From IMG/VR virus record IMGVR_UViG_3300014205_000003, positions 32,001-96,000 of that record: DNA of 64,000 nucleotides. The stretch is one strand, 5' to 3'. Of this stretch, positions 18,406 to 27,413 are shown piece after piece. This stretch comes from a virus. Taxonomy: Duplodnaviria; Caudoviricetes. The translations under genes and the position numbers were made by a program. Positions within the stretch are counted from its first letter, which is position 1; each line of letters starts with the position of its first letter. The notes below the pieces were generated by a model. That model was not told the origin of the DNA, did no database searches, and saw only the letters and a program-made list of their open reading frames with translations.

Positions 18406-19460
18406 CCACTTTTCACGGAAGGGGGACTATAAGCTCCCCTCTGTCGAATATTAATGGCCGCATTGAAGTCTGCGTCCATCGTCATTCCACACGCGGTACA
18501 ACAGAACGACTCTCCCTTACGGGAAAGTTTGTCTACCGCTCCGCACAAGCTGCATGTCTGCGAAGTATAGGCAGGAGGTACTTTCGTATACTTAATGCCT
18601 AATTCTTCGCTGACCATCTGAAGCCGACTCAAAACTTTTGAGTAGCTCCAGCGTTGCAGCTTGTTCATGAACTGTTTGCGAATCTTACCTTTAGACCCCT
18701 TCTTCACATCCTTCAAATCTTCTACTACAAGCTCTCGAACGTTCTGCAAGTCGAGAAGATTAACAGACTGATTGATCTTCTGATCACGTTCTGTAAGAGC
18801 TCGCTTGAAAGCTTTAGATCCTTGCTTCTTCCTAGCAATTTTCTTATACACATCTTCCATACCTACGTCGTAGATTTGCTGATCTGACGAAGCAAGAAGC
18901 TTCTTGTACCCGCAATCAAGACCTAAGGAAGATCCTATAGAAGAGCTAGGAGTAGTCTTCTCGAAGAAGACATCGAGGAACCACTTTCCGTTTACGTTTC
19001 TTAAACAGGAGCCTTTCAGTAGTTTCCAGCCATTCTGACTGAACTTGAGAAAGTGTTTATGTTTACGTGAAGGGATCTTAAGGATGAGCTTGTTCCCAAG
19101 ACAGTATATTTTTATCCAGAAGTCGAAGGAGTTAGTTTCGGCGTAAAAGGTGCAGATATTTTCACTTAAATCAAACGTCTTCTGTTTGATCACCGGCTTG
19201 GAAGCTTTCTTGCCTTTGTTCTTTCGCGTCCTTGTTCTGTTAAGCACGCCAAAAGCCTGAATAAAGAGACAGTGACAAATTCTATGAGAGAGCCATGTTT
19301 GAACAGGTTGTAGCTTGTCAAATTTTCTTGCTGACGGATATTGCCAAAAGTGATCTACGTAGACGTTGAGAACACGTAGAGCTTCATCACTGAACGTATT
19401 AAGCTTCTGGAGCTTTCCAGCATTAGCAAAATTCAATGACATTTGAACTCGACGAATCAC
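18402..19460 (-). CDS. tnpB: TnpB/Cas12f-like endonuclease (copy 2)
   Basis: GLDCG, VEDL, DADFNAA; CSLC/CTAC Zn finger. Confidence 0.9.
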   Translation of the reverse strand: MIRRVQMSLNFANAGKLQKLNTFSDEALRVLNVYVDHFWQYPSARKFDKLQPVQTWLSHRICHCLFIQAFGVLNRTRTRKNKGKKASKPVIKQKTFDLSENICTFYAETNSFDFWIKIYCLGNKLILKIPSRKHKHFLKFSQNGWKLLKGSCLRNVNGKWFLDVFFEKTTPSSSIGSSLGLDCGYKKLLASSDQQIYDVGMEDVYKKIARKKQGSKAFKRALTERDQKINQSVNLLDLQNVRELVVEDLKDVKKGSKGKIRKQFMNKLQRWSYSKVLSRLQMVSEELGIKYTKVPPAYTSQTCSLCGAVDKLSRKGESFCCTACGMTMDADFNAAINIRQRGAYSPPSVKSG

Positions 19461-19624
19461 TTAGAGACTTCTCCTATAAGAGCTTCGACAGCCTTTAAAG
19501 AAACCTTACGGCGTTTTGACGGGGTGACGTAACCTTTAAGATGTCCAGAGTCAAACCAGTTACGAACTGTATCAGGATGAACTCCTAGCATCTTAGCTGC
19601 TTTGACGATTGATATGAATTCCAT
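19457..19624 (-). CDS. MerR/excisionase-type HTH protein (55 aa) coupled to tnpB
   Basis: Hand translation MEFISIVKAAKMLGVHPDTVRNWFDSGHLKGYVTPSKRRKVSLKAVEALIGEVSK; GTGA overlap with tnpB start. Confidence 0.8.
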   Translation of the reverse strand: MEFISIVKAAKMLGVHPDTVRNWFDSGHLKGYVTPSKRRKVSLKAVEALIGEVSK

Positions 19625-19804
19625 GTTTCTTGTTCTTTCTGTTCTAATTCTAATATAGCACCGCTTTTAAATAAACTGTTCATCTGTGCGTTTTTATTCA
19701 TAAGGTAAATGTTTTGTATTTTTGTTCGTATATTATCTCTAATGACTTTCCTCAGTATATTAGTTGTGTGGCACCTGTTGTAATCTAGTAAAGGAAAACT
19801 CACG

Positions 19805-21967
19805 ATGGCTGACATGACTTTCGAGGCAAAATTTGCTCAGCTCGCTGGGAACCAGTTGTCTGACAAACTGCCGTCGATGCTTCCCTACTTCGTCGGCTTC
19901 CAACTCCTCGACAAAGCAGATGACGAGACGCGTGCCGTAGGCATAAACGTCTTTGTTGTCAACGGCTTGTGGATCTATAATCCTGTCTTCTTCCTCAAGG
20001 GAGACATCAAAGGTCTTCAGGACTTGCTCTTTGTCAAGCAGAAGAACATGTTTGTTCCTGCTATGGATAACTGGATTAGTGCTCTGAAAGATCAGGGACT
20101 TGATTCGCTTACTCCGGGCAAAGCTAAGAAGAACACTGGTCGTGGTGGTTCTAAGAACCCTAAAGAGAAGTCCTTCGCTGCTCATCAGATTCCCTTTGAT
20201 GAAATGCTCTTCTCGTCCAGCTCTTCTCAGGACGGCATGGGCAAGACGGGTTCTGCTGCTAATGATATGGTCACTGAAGAAGACTTCAAGATGATGACCA
20301 AGCTTGCTTCCACTACGTGGGAACTCGGCTTGGATACTCAGTTGTCTGCCATGCCTAAGTACGCTCAGGACATGTTCTTCAACACTCTTACAGCTAATGC
20401 AGATTTTGCTAATGCTGTTCTCAAGTTCTACAGCCCTGACAGCATCAACGGTATGGCTTCTATGATGAAGACTGCTGCGACTGTTGTCAAGAATGAAAGT
20501 ACTTCTCCTGCGGAGGACAAGCTTCTGGTCGTTGACAGTATGTCGCATCCAGATGCCAAGAAGCTTTCTACTGCTGAGAAGAAACTGCTTACTCAGAATG
20601 GAGTCTTTGTACGAGACAATCGCAGCAATCATTCTCTGCTCTTCAAGACTGAAGTCAAGCAGAGCGCGCTGGAGAATCCTACAGCTTCAGGTGTCTACGA
20701 TGTCCTTCAGGCTGATGGAAGCATGAAGCCCTATATCGTGTTTGTAGGCGTTCATGGTCTGCAAGCTGGTAATCGCCCGTGTTGCAAGACTACAGATGGT
20801 AACTCTGGACGCGAAGTAGCACTGATCCCTCTGTCTGACACTACAACGTTTACTACAGAGAATGCGTCTAAGCTCTTTGTACGTCCTGTGAATGACAAAG
20901 AATCCTACAAGAAGGTTACTGGTCGAGTTGGTCGTGTTGCTACTAAGCGCGCTTGGAACACCAACACAGATGGAAGCTATGGCGAGATCTTGATGGTTCA
21001 GCCGTCTACTCAGTCTGTCTATGTGTTTGGTCGCACCGGAAATACTGAACTCCGATTCCACGACACTGAGACTGCTAACAGTGTTGGACGCTCTGATGAC
21101 TCTGGTTGTCTTGAGCCGCAGTTTACTGGTGAAGTCGGTAAGCTCTATGTTCAAGGCGGCGTAGTGGTTATTCCGAAAGACGTCAAGATCTTTACTCAGA
21201 TGAAATATTCTGACAAGCCAAACTTTGGAGATATGAATACGATCAATCGTATGGTCTTCAAAGAAGCTGAGATGCATCCTTTGCAGGTGATCGTCCGTGC
21301 TTCTGGTGTGACTATTCGCAGCGAGAAGATCAACCAGACGATGGACAAGACTGCAGCGATTCGTCACTTGGTTGAGAAGGAAGGCATTACAGGTCAGCAA
21401 GCTTTCATGTCTATCCATCATGACGTTGCTGGTAAGCCGGATGGAAGCGTCAAGTACTTTATCAAGTATGCCTTCGACTACGATGTCAATAACAACCAAG
21501 ACATCAAGCAGAACATCAATCGCAATGAAGAGACTGGTCCTGTTGAGACTATCTCTATGCAAGCTGCTCGTCCAGTAATGCCTGCAGATGCGGTACAGCA
21601 GGCCGTCAAGGCGTCTGAGAATGGGAACCGACAGGTATTCGACGTCACAGTGTTGAACAACCTTGTGCAGTCTGCAGACGTGTCCGAGCTCCGTAAGAGC
21701 TTCATCGTAGATATGATGAAGGGCATGGATAAAACTGGACGTCTTCTTTTTATCTATTACTGGCACAATGATCAGTTCTCAGAGCGCTTCGGCAAGGAAG
21801 ACTTGGCCTCTCTGGAGGATAAGATTCGTCAAGTGTTCCGCAATACTGGCGATCTCATTCTGTACCTCAAGGAGAAGATGCCCCTTGAGACTGGAACTCA
21901 GGAACACATCTTGGGTAATCTGTCCGAGGACATTGGCAGTGCTGAAGAGACTGACAGCAAGAGCTAA
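19805..21967 (+). CDS. Large hypothetical protein, probably virion-associated
   Basis: 720-aa ORF; AAAGGA RBS; multiple KxA motifs. Confidence 0.85.
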   Translation: MADMTFEAKFAQLAGNQLSDKLPSMLPYFVGFQLLDKADDETRAVGINVFVVNGLWIYNPVFFLKGDIKGLQDLLFVKQKNMFVPAMDNWISALKDQGLDSLTPGKAKKNTGRGGSKNPKEKSFAAHQIPFDEMLFSSSSSQDGMGKTGSAANDMVTEEDFKMMTKLASTTWELGLDTQLSAMPKYAQDMFFNTLTANADFANAVLKFYSPDSINGMASMMKTAATVVKNESTSPAEDKLLVVDSMSHPDAKKLSTAEKKLLTQNGVFVRDNRSNHSLLFKTEVKQSALENPTASGVYDVLQADGSMKPYIVFVGVHGLQAGNRPCCKTTDGNSGREVALIPLSDTTTFTTENASKLFVRPVNDKESYKKVTGRVGRVATKRAWNTNTDGSYGEILMVQPSTQSVYVFGRTGNTELRFHDTETANSVGRSDDSGCLEPQFTGEVGKLYVQGGVVVIPKDVKIFTQMKYSDKPNFGDMNTINRMVFKEAEMHPLQVIVRASGVTIRSEKINQTMDKTAAIRHLVEKEGITGQQAFMSIHHDVAGKPDGSVKYFIKYAFDYDVNNNQDIKQNINRNEETGPVETISMQAARPVMPADAVQQAVKASENGNRQVFDVTVLNNLVQSADVSELRKSFIVDMMKGMDKTGRLLFIYYWHNDQFSERFGKEDLASLEDKIRQVFRNTGDLILYLKEKMPLETGTQEHILGNLSEDIGSAEETDSKS

Positions 21968-22024
21968 CTGTCAGACAAACTGAAAAACAACGATCTTGTA
22001 TACTGTTATACAAGGGAGTAATTA

Positions 22025-23095
22025 ATGATTCGTAGAGTGCAAATGTCTTTAGAGTCGTCCAATAGAAGCAAACTACAGAAACTGGATACTGTGGAGGTAG
22101 AGGCTTTACGTGTTTTAAACCTTTCGATTGATTACTTATGGCAATATCCGTCTACAAGAAAATTTGATAAACCCCCCGCATTTCAGACGTGGCTCTCTTA
22201 CCGTTTTTGTCAATGTCTTTTTATTCAAGCCTTTAATGTTCTTAAAAAACTGCGAGCACGAAAAAATAAGGCTAAAAAAGTATCAAAACCAATCATCAAG
22301 AATAAAACGTTTGATGTGACTAAAAACATCTGTACGTTTTACAGAGCAGAAAACTCGTTTGATTTTTGGATAAAAGTTTACTGTCTGGGAAATAAAATCA
22401 ATCTCAATATCCCATCAAGAAAACATAAGCAGTTTCTTAAGTATAGTCAGAGTGGCTGGAAACTCTTAAACAGTTCCAGTCTGCGTAAAATAAATGGTAA
22501 ATGGTTCCTAGATGTCTTCTTTGAGAAAGCCCCACCTGCACCCGCTACAGGGACTTCCATAGGTCTTGATTGTGGGTATAAGAAACTCCTAGCGTCTTCA
22601 GATCAGAAAACATACGATGTAGGTATGGAGGTCGTTTATAAAAAGATAGTCAGAAAGAAGCAAGGGTCTAAGGCTTTTAAGAGAGCTCTTATAGAACGTA
22701 ATCAGAAGATCAACCAATCTGTTAAGCTACTAGACTTGAAGAACATTCAAGAACTCGTAGTGGAAGATCTCAAAGACGTTAAGAAGAGTTCTAAAGGAAA
22801 GATCCGTAAACAGTTTATGAACAAGCTGCAACGCTGGAGCTATCCAAAAGTTTTGGACAAACTTCAGATGGTCAGCGAGGAAGTTGGAGTCAAACTCCTT
22901 AAGGTGAGTCCAGCTTACACCTCGCAGACATGCAGCTTGTGCGGAGCGGTAGACAAACTGTCCCGTAAGGGAGAGTCATTCTGTTGTACCGCGTGTGGAA
23001 TGAAGATGGACGCAGACTTTAATGCGGCCAAAAACATTCTGATGAGGGGAGTTTATAGTCCCCCTTCCGTGACAAACCAATTAGAGATTATCTAA
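22025..23095 (+). CDS. tnpB: TnpB/Cas12f-like endonuclease (copy 3, close paralog of copy 2)
   Basis: GLDCG, VEDL, DADFNAA; C-terminal half nearly identical to 18402..19460. Confidence 0.9.
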   Translation: MIRRVQMSLESSNRSKLQKLDTVEVEALRVLNLSIDYLWQYPSTRKFDKPPAFQTWLSYRFCQCLFIQAFNVLKKLRARKNKAKKVSKPIIKNKTFDVTKNICTFYRAENSFDFWIKVYCLGNKINLNIPSRKHKQFLKYSQSGWKLLNSSSLRKINGKWFLDVFFEKAPPAPATGTSIGLDCGYKKLLASSDQKTYDVGMEVVYKKIVRKKQGSKAFKRALIERNQKINQSVKLLDLKNIQELVVEDLKDVKKSSKGKIRKQFMNKLQRWSYPKVLDKLQMVSEEVGVKLLKVSPAYTSQTCSLCGAVDKLSRKGESFCCTACGMKMDADFNAAKNILMRGVYSPPSVTNQLEII

Positions 23096-23970
23096 TGCGT
23101 AACTATTTACCTTCAAACAGCTCTGATGACTTTCACGAGCTCGTCTCAGCTCCTCTCAATCAGCGTCCACCAGCTTGGAGGCTGATTGTCGCTATGGACT
23201 TCCTTGCAGATCTCTCTAAGAATCTGCATCCTCTCTCCGTCGACGAGTATCTCATGCAAGCTGCTAGATACTACAGAGAAACCAAACTCTGCTCTCTAGA
23301 TCCCTCAAGGAGATTCAAAGCTGTTCCAGAAATCAAATGGGCCTTCAAGACTTATGGTCAATCTGGAGCAATGGGAATCCGCTGGACTACAGAAGCCCTA
23401 ATGATTGGCGGAATGGACGACGACAACATTGCTAAACTTACAGGAACCTCTGAAGATATCGTAAAGGCCTACAGGAAGATCTTCTTCGATGTCGATGGTT
23501 TCTTAAGCTCTAAAGATCTGGTCTATGCTTGTGTAATCCCTCAGAGCTTTGGCAACGCTAACTCGTATAACATTTGGGACTTCACCTGGAAGACTATTGC
23601 TCTTGAGTGTGGTGCAGAAGAGTTCTTAAAGATTCGTAGAGCAGACGTAAACATCTCTAAGGATCAAGTAAAGTTACTCAAGCATCAGCAGATGGTCAAA
23701 TCTCTTATATCATCTGGACACTTGCTTTCGGATAACAGATTAGCTTTTACTCAGGAAGCTCAAGGACTTATCGGAGTTGCGCAGAACTACTGGAAGCTCT
23801 CTCAAGCAGACACTCAGGAAATTCCTAAGCACGACGCAGCAGATGCGTTCTTCAATCGCGTAGTTCCGTACATTCAGGTAACTCTGCAGAATGCTGAACT
23901 CTTGACAGAAGCTAATTCCAATGGCAGATATCGAGAGATGGTTCCTGTACAACAACTTCTCAATGCTTGA
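23095..23970 (+). CDS. Hypothetical protein (possible HTH)
   Basis: ORF track; DDNIAKLTGTSEDIVKAY is HTH-like. Confidence 0.7.
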   Translation: MRNYLPSNSSDDFHELVSAPLNQRPPAWRLIVAMDFLADLSKNLHPLSVDEYLMQAARYYRETKLCSLDPSRRFKAVPEIKWAFKTYGQSGAMGIRWTTEALMIGGMDDDNIAKLTGTSEDIVKAYRKIFFDVDGFLSSKDLVYACVIPQSFGNANSYNIWDFTWKTIALECGAEEFLKIRRADVNISKDQVKLLKHQQMVKSLISSGHLLSDNRLAFTQEAQGLIGVAQNYWKLSQADTQEIPKHDAADAFFNRVVPYIQVTLQNAELLTEANSNGRYREMVPVQQLLNA

Positions 23971-23977
23971 GGATCAG

Positions 23978-24298
23978 ATGAAAACTGTAAATGATTATCT
24001 AATAGACTGTCATGAGAAGAAGTTGGTAGATGTTGTAACTGTTTTGAAGGCGCAAAGTATTGCGTCTGTCCTAGAACGTAAGGGGTTAGATCCCGATGTT
24101 ACTGTAGGTGCTAACCAGTCTATTATGCTTGCTCTAGATAATGGAAACAAGCACTTAGAGTTTGAGTGTCTACCAGATGGTACGATTGAGTACTTCTTTC
24201 TATACAGAGATACAAACAAGATGTTAGACGGTGATATTGAGTTCTTAACGCAAGAACCTCTCTTTCATCTTTTGACTTTATTTTCTCAGCAGACATAG
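23978..24298 (+). CDS. Hypothetical protein
   Basis: ATG at 23978 after GAGGA. Confidence 0.6.
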   Translation: MKTVNDYLIDCHEKKLVDVVTVLKAQSIASVLERKGLDPDVTVGANQSIMLALDNGNKHLEFECLPDGTIEYFFLYRDTNKMLDGDIEFLTQEPLFHLLTLFSQQT

Positions 24299-24351
24299 AC
24301 TTATATATTAGATACTGACAGCTCGTAGTCTTCGAACTAAGGAAATATCTC

Positions 24352-25929
24352 ATGGGTCGCCTCAGCTCTAAAGAAGAACAGCGCTTGGTAGATGCAGTCG
24401 CTCGCTCCATCGAACAAGTGAACTCTGGCAGTTCACCCAACGATGCTATTGAGAAAGTTGCTCGAGAAGAGAAGTACAATCCTAACTTCATTCGACAGAT
24501 GGTTGCTGCTTTCAACAAGTCTGCTTCCATCGCTAAGTTTACCAAGGAAGCTTCTCCAGAGAAACGTAAAGATACCTTCGAACTCGCAGATGCTCAGATC
24601 ATATGCCGCAGAATCTTTCCACCGATTGAAAAGACCGCTGAAGAAGTTAAGTGTGAAACACCTAGCTTTGAGATCAAAGCTTCCACAATGGAAAAAGCTG
24701 CGACGGCCTTGGAAGACTACAGCGCATATAAAGGTCTGTCCTATGCCAATATGATTTCTCGTATTGACAAGTGTCGCTCAGCACACAATCTTCTCTCTAC
24801 TAGCTTGAAGAACAAAGAAGCTGCCGCAATGGTAGACTTTGAAGAGACTGTAGATAAACTGGTTAAACACTCTCTCACTCTCGCTCCTGTAGAGTTTCAG
24901 AAGTTTGCGAGATTGACTGTCAATGGCTTTCCGATGACAGGTGAGAAGATGCTCAAACTCATCTCTATCAAGAGTGGACGAGCTCTTCCAAGTGATCTTC
25001 AGAAGACTGCTTCTGCTGCTGTTTTCCCTGCTAAAGAACCCTATTTCAGCTTGGCAAGTGCACATCTGTGCGCGGAATCGCTGGTTCGTGCACATAGGGA
25101 ACGTGACAGCTTTTCCAAGTACGCTGAAGGTTTTGTGAGCAATGCTCTGGATTCTCTTGGTTCAACTATTTCAGATGCGGCTGGCTTGTTCTCCAGTAAG
25201 GATGACAAGAAGGAAGTTGCTAAAGCTAAGACGCCTGAACTGGATCTCGATCCGCAGTTCTTCAATGCTCTGAAGGAAGTCGATTCTAGGAAAGCCTTTG
25301 CAGACTTGGCGTTGTATGATCCAGACTTGAAGCAACACGACATTCCTACACTGATTGGAGCATTCAACAGCGCTGTGCAGAGTGTTCCTGAAGCGGCTAC
25401 AAATCCTCCTGCCTTGAAGACCTTGATGCTTCAGCGAATCAACACAGGCAACCTGCAGGACACTTTCCAGATCGGACAGGAACAAGCACTTGGGAAGAAC
25501 CTGCAGTCGTCTGCTACGTCTGCCAAAGCGGCTCTTGATATGCTCAAAGAGAAGCTCAAGGCTAAGACAGAAGGTGCTCAGGACTGGTGGGAGAAAGAGA
25601 AGAAGCCTGCGGCGGCTCCCTCTGAAGGACTTCTCTCTAAGTTGCTTGCTGGTGGCAAAGGTGAGAAGAAGGAAGAGAAGGCTAAGCCTGCTGTAGAAGA
25701 TACTAAGCGCATTGAGCGTCTGATCAAGTCTGAGATGACTGCTACAAATGGTAAGCCCTTGAATATGTATAATGTCATTCAGGGCATGCAGAACAACGCT
25801 GGTGTTACTACAACTCCTCAGCAGATCGACAAGCTTGTTGAAAAAGCAATCAAGGGCGAGGCCTTTGAGGGCGATGAGCAAAAGATCTATGATGCCTTCC
25901 AAGCGGCTAAGAGTATAACTAATCCATGA
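24352..25929 (+). CDS. Hypothetical head-associated protein
   Basis: Many KxA motifs; directly upstream of the prohead protease. Confidence 0.8.
   Translation: MGRLSSKEEQRLVDAVARSIEQVNSGSSPNDAIEKVAREEKYNPNFIRQMVAAFNKSASIAKFTKEASPEKRKDTFELADAQIICRRIFPPIEKTAEEVKCETPSFEIKASTMEKAATALEDYSAYKGLSYANMISRIDKCRSAHNLLSTSLKNKEAAAMVDFEETVDKLVKHSLTLAPVEFQKFARLTVNGFPMTGEKMLKLISIKSGRALPSDLQKTASAAVFPAKEPYFSLASAHLCAESLVRAHRERDSFSKYAEGFVSNALDSLGSTISDAAGLFSSKDDKKEVAKAKTPELDLDPQFFNALKEVDSRKAFADLALYDPDLKQHDIPTLIGAFNSAVQSVPEAATNPPALKTLMLQRINTGNLQDTFQIGQEQALGKNLQSSATSAKAALDMLKEKLKAKTEGAQDWWEKEKKPAAAPSEGLLSKLLAGGKGEKKEEKAKPAVEDTKRIERLIKSEMTATNGKPLNMYNVIQGMQNNAGVTTTPQQIDKLVEKAIKGEAFEGDEQKIYDAFQAAKSITNP
25056..25072. 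repeat. Dispersed palindrome copy (inside CDS)
   Basis: aagtgcacatctgtgcg. Confidence 0.8.
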
Positions 25930-27398
25930 TCAACAAGTCTGTTACAGCTGCATTCTGGGACAGAGATCTAGAAGCTTCACATCTCATCGATGTAAGCTCT
26001 AAAGGTCTTGAGAAGTCTCAATTGGATAAGTACGCTGCTTCCAGCATCTTCAAGAATGCTGAGATTCATCCTGAAGACGGCTATGCATTCGTACACGTTA
26101 TTACCAATGCCAGTATGGATCACTATGGTCCAAACAGTAATAACGATGGCTTCAACGAAGCGGCTTGTGAATGGGAATTTCCCTGTAAGTGCGGACACCA
26201 GAAGACTGCGATGCTTGGTGGAGGTCTTAAGGAATATCACTCCACCTATATGCAGTACGGCGGTGCCTACAGGAATCACAAGAACTCTAAGAAGACTGAT
26301 CCTTCTACAGGCAAACCCTTTGAGAAGCTTGGAAGTATTGCCGCAGAAGCTTACAATGAAGACATGCACCGTGGCGAACTCATTCTCAAACTTCCTGTCA
26401 ATAAGTGGGGAGATGTTCTTGAGAAAGTAGCTAACAGTGAACCTGTCTGCTGGAGCATGGGTACGGCGGTTCCAACTGACTGCTGCTCAAGGTGTTGCAA
26501 CCGGGCTAAGAAGCGTAGTGACTACTGCGAGCACCTTAGATACGACATGGGTAAGATTGCAGAAGACGGTTCTCGTACCTTTGCTATCAACGATGTAACC
26601 TTCTATCACGACATCTCTGAAGTAGGGATGAATCCTGCTATGAAGGTTGCCTACACGCTTGAGAAGGTTGCAGCCTTTGGAATGATTCCTCAGAAGGACG
26701 AAATCGTACGTGAAGGCTTGTGGCTTCCTCTTGATCTGGTTAAGAAGCTTTCGTCTGAGCGCGAACGTTCTAGGATTGAAGTTCTGCAGAAGCTTGCAGC
26801 TAAGGAGAAAGAAACTCCTACAGAGTCTGATAAGAATCTTAGTGAAGCCTTTGAACACTCTGATGAAGAGCAGACAGATATTGCAGATAAGCTTAAGGGT
26901 GTTCCGCTTGATCAAGTTATCTCTCAAAGCAAGCAACATAAAGTTTTGTTGCCTCCTAAGAGTTTTAGCATTATAGTAATTCGTAGCGGCAAGCCTGCTG
27001 ACGACCAGACTCCTAACTGGTTAGAAGGGGTTCCTGAGAAGCTCAAGAGCATCTTTGGGGATATCCTTCAAGATCCCAACGATACTGAGGAAGTAGCCAG
27101 CGATGGTCACTACTCTCCTTCGTGTCACTTCCCAGATGTTAAGACTTCTCACAAGGTTAAAGATCTTGTACAGGATTTGTCCGTTGACCCTGAACCTGTT
27201 AAACAGAGAGCCATTAAAGCTTCTGTCAAAGGTAAAGAGAAGATGGATAAAAAGGCGTCAAGCTTGTCAGAAGTCGAGGATCAGATGGCTAGAGTGATGG
27301 CAAAGGAATACGCAAAGTATCAACTTGCATTCCTGTCAGACATCAGGACTCCATCAGATTGCTTGTCAATGGTAATAGCGCAAAACAGAGCTGGTTAA
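25926..27398 (+). CDS. Prohead (capsid maturation) protease with Zn-ribbon insertion
   Basis: YRNH (His), WSMG (Ser), CxxC..YCEH, HDISEV..PA: HK97/herpes-type protease pattern; position before scaffold and capsid genes. Confidence 0.8.
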   Translation: MINKSVTAAFWDRDLEASHLIDVSSKGLEKSQLDKYAASSIFKNAEIHPEDGYAFVHVITNASMDHYGPNSNNDGFNEAACEWEFPCKCGHQKTAMLGGGLKEYHSTYMQYGGAYRNHKNSKKTDPSTGKPFEKLGSIAAEAYNEDMHRGELILKLPVNKWGDVLEKVANSEPVCWSMGTAVPTDCCSRCCNRAKKRSDYCEHLRYDMGKIAEDGSRTFAINDVTFYHDISEVGMNPAMKVAYTLEKVAAFGMIPQKDEIVREGLWLPLDLVKKLSSERERSRIEVLQKLAAKEKETPTESDKNLSEAFEHSDEEQTDIADKLKGVPLDQVISQSKQHKVLLPPKSFSIIVIRSGKPADDQTPNWLEGVPEKLKSIFGDILQDPNDTEEVASDGHYSPSCHFPDVKTSHKVKDLVQDLSVDPEPVKQRAIKASVKGKEKMDKKASSLSEVEDQMARVMAKEYAKYQLAFLSDIRTPSDCLSMVIAQNRAG

Positions 27399-27413
27399 AA
27401 AAGGTTTCATATC

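Noticed and set aside
18402-19624. Complete IS607 element
   Set aside because: Upstream ORF is only a 55-aa HTH with no serine-recombinase catalytic domain
12857-23095. Nuclease-dead TnpB (TldR-type) regulators linked to the RNAP or sigma factor
   Set aside because: All three copies retain the RuvC D, E and D residues
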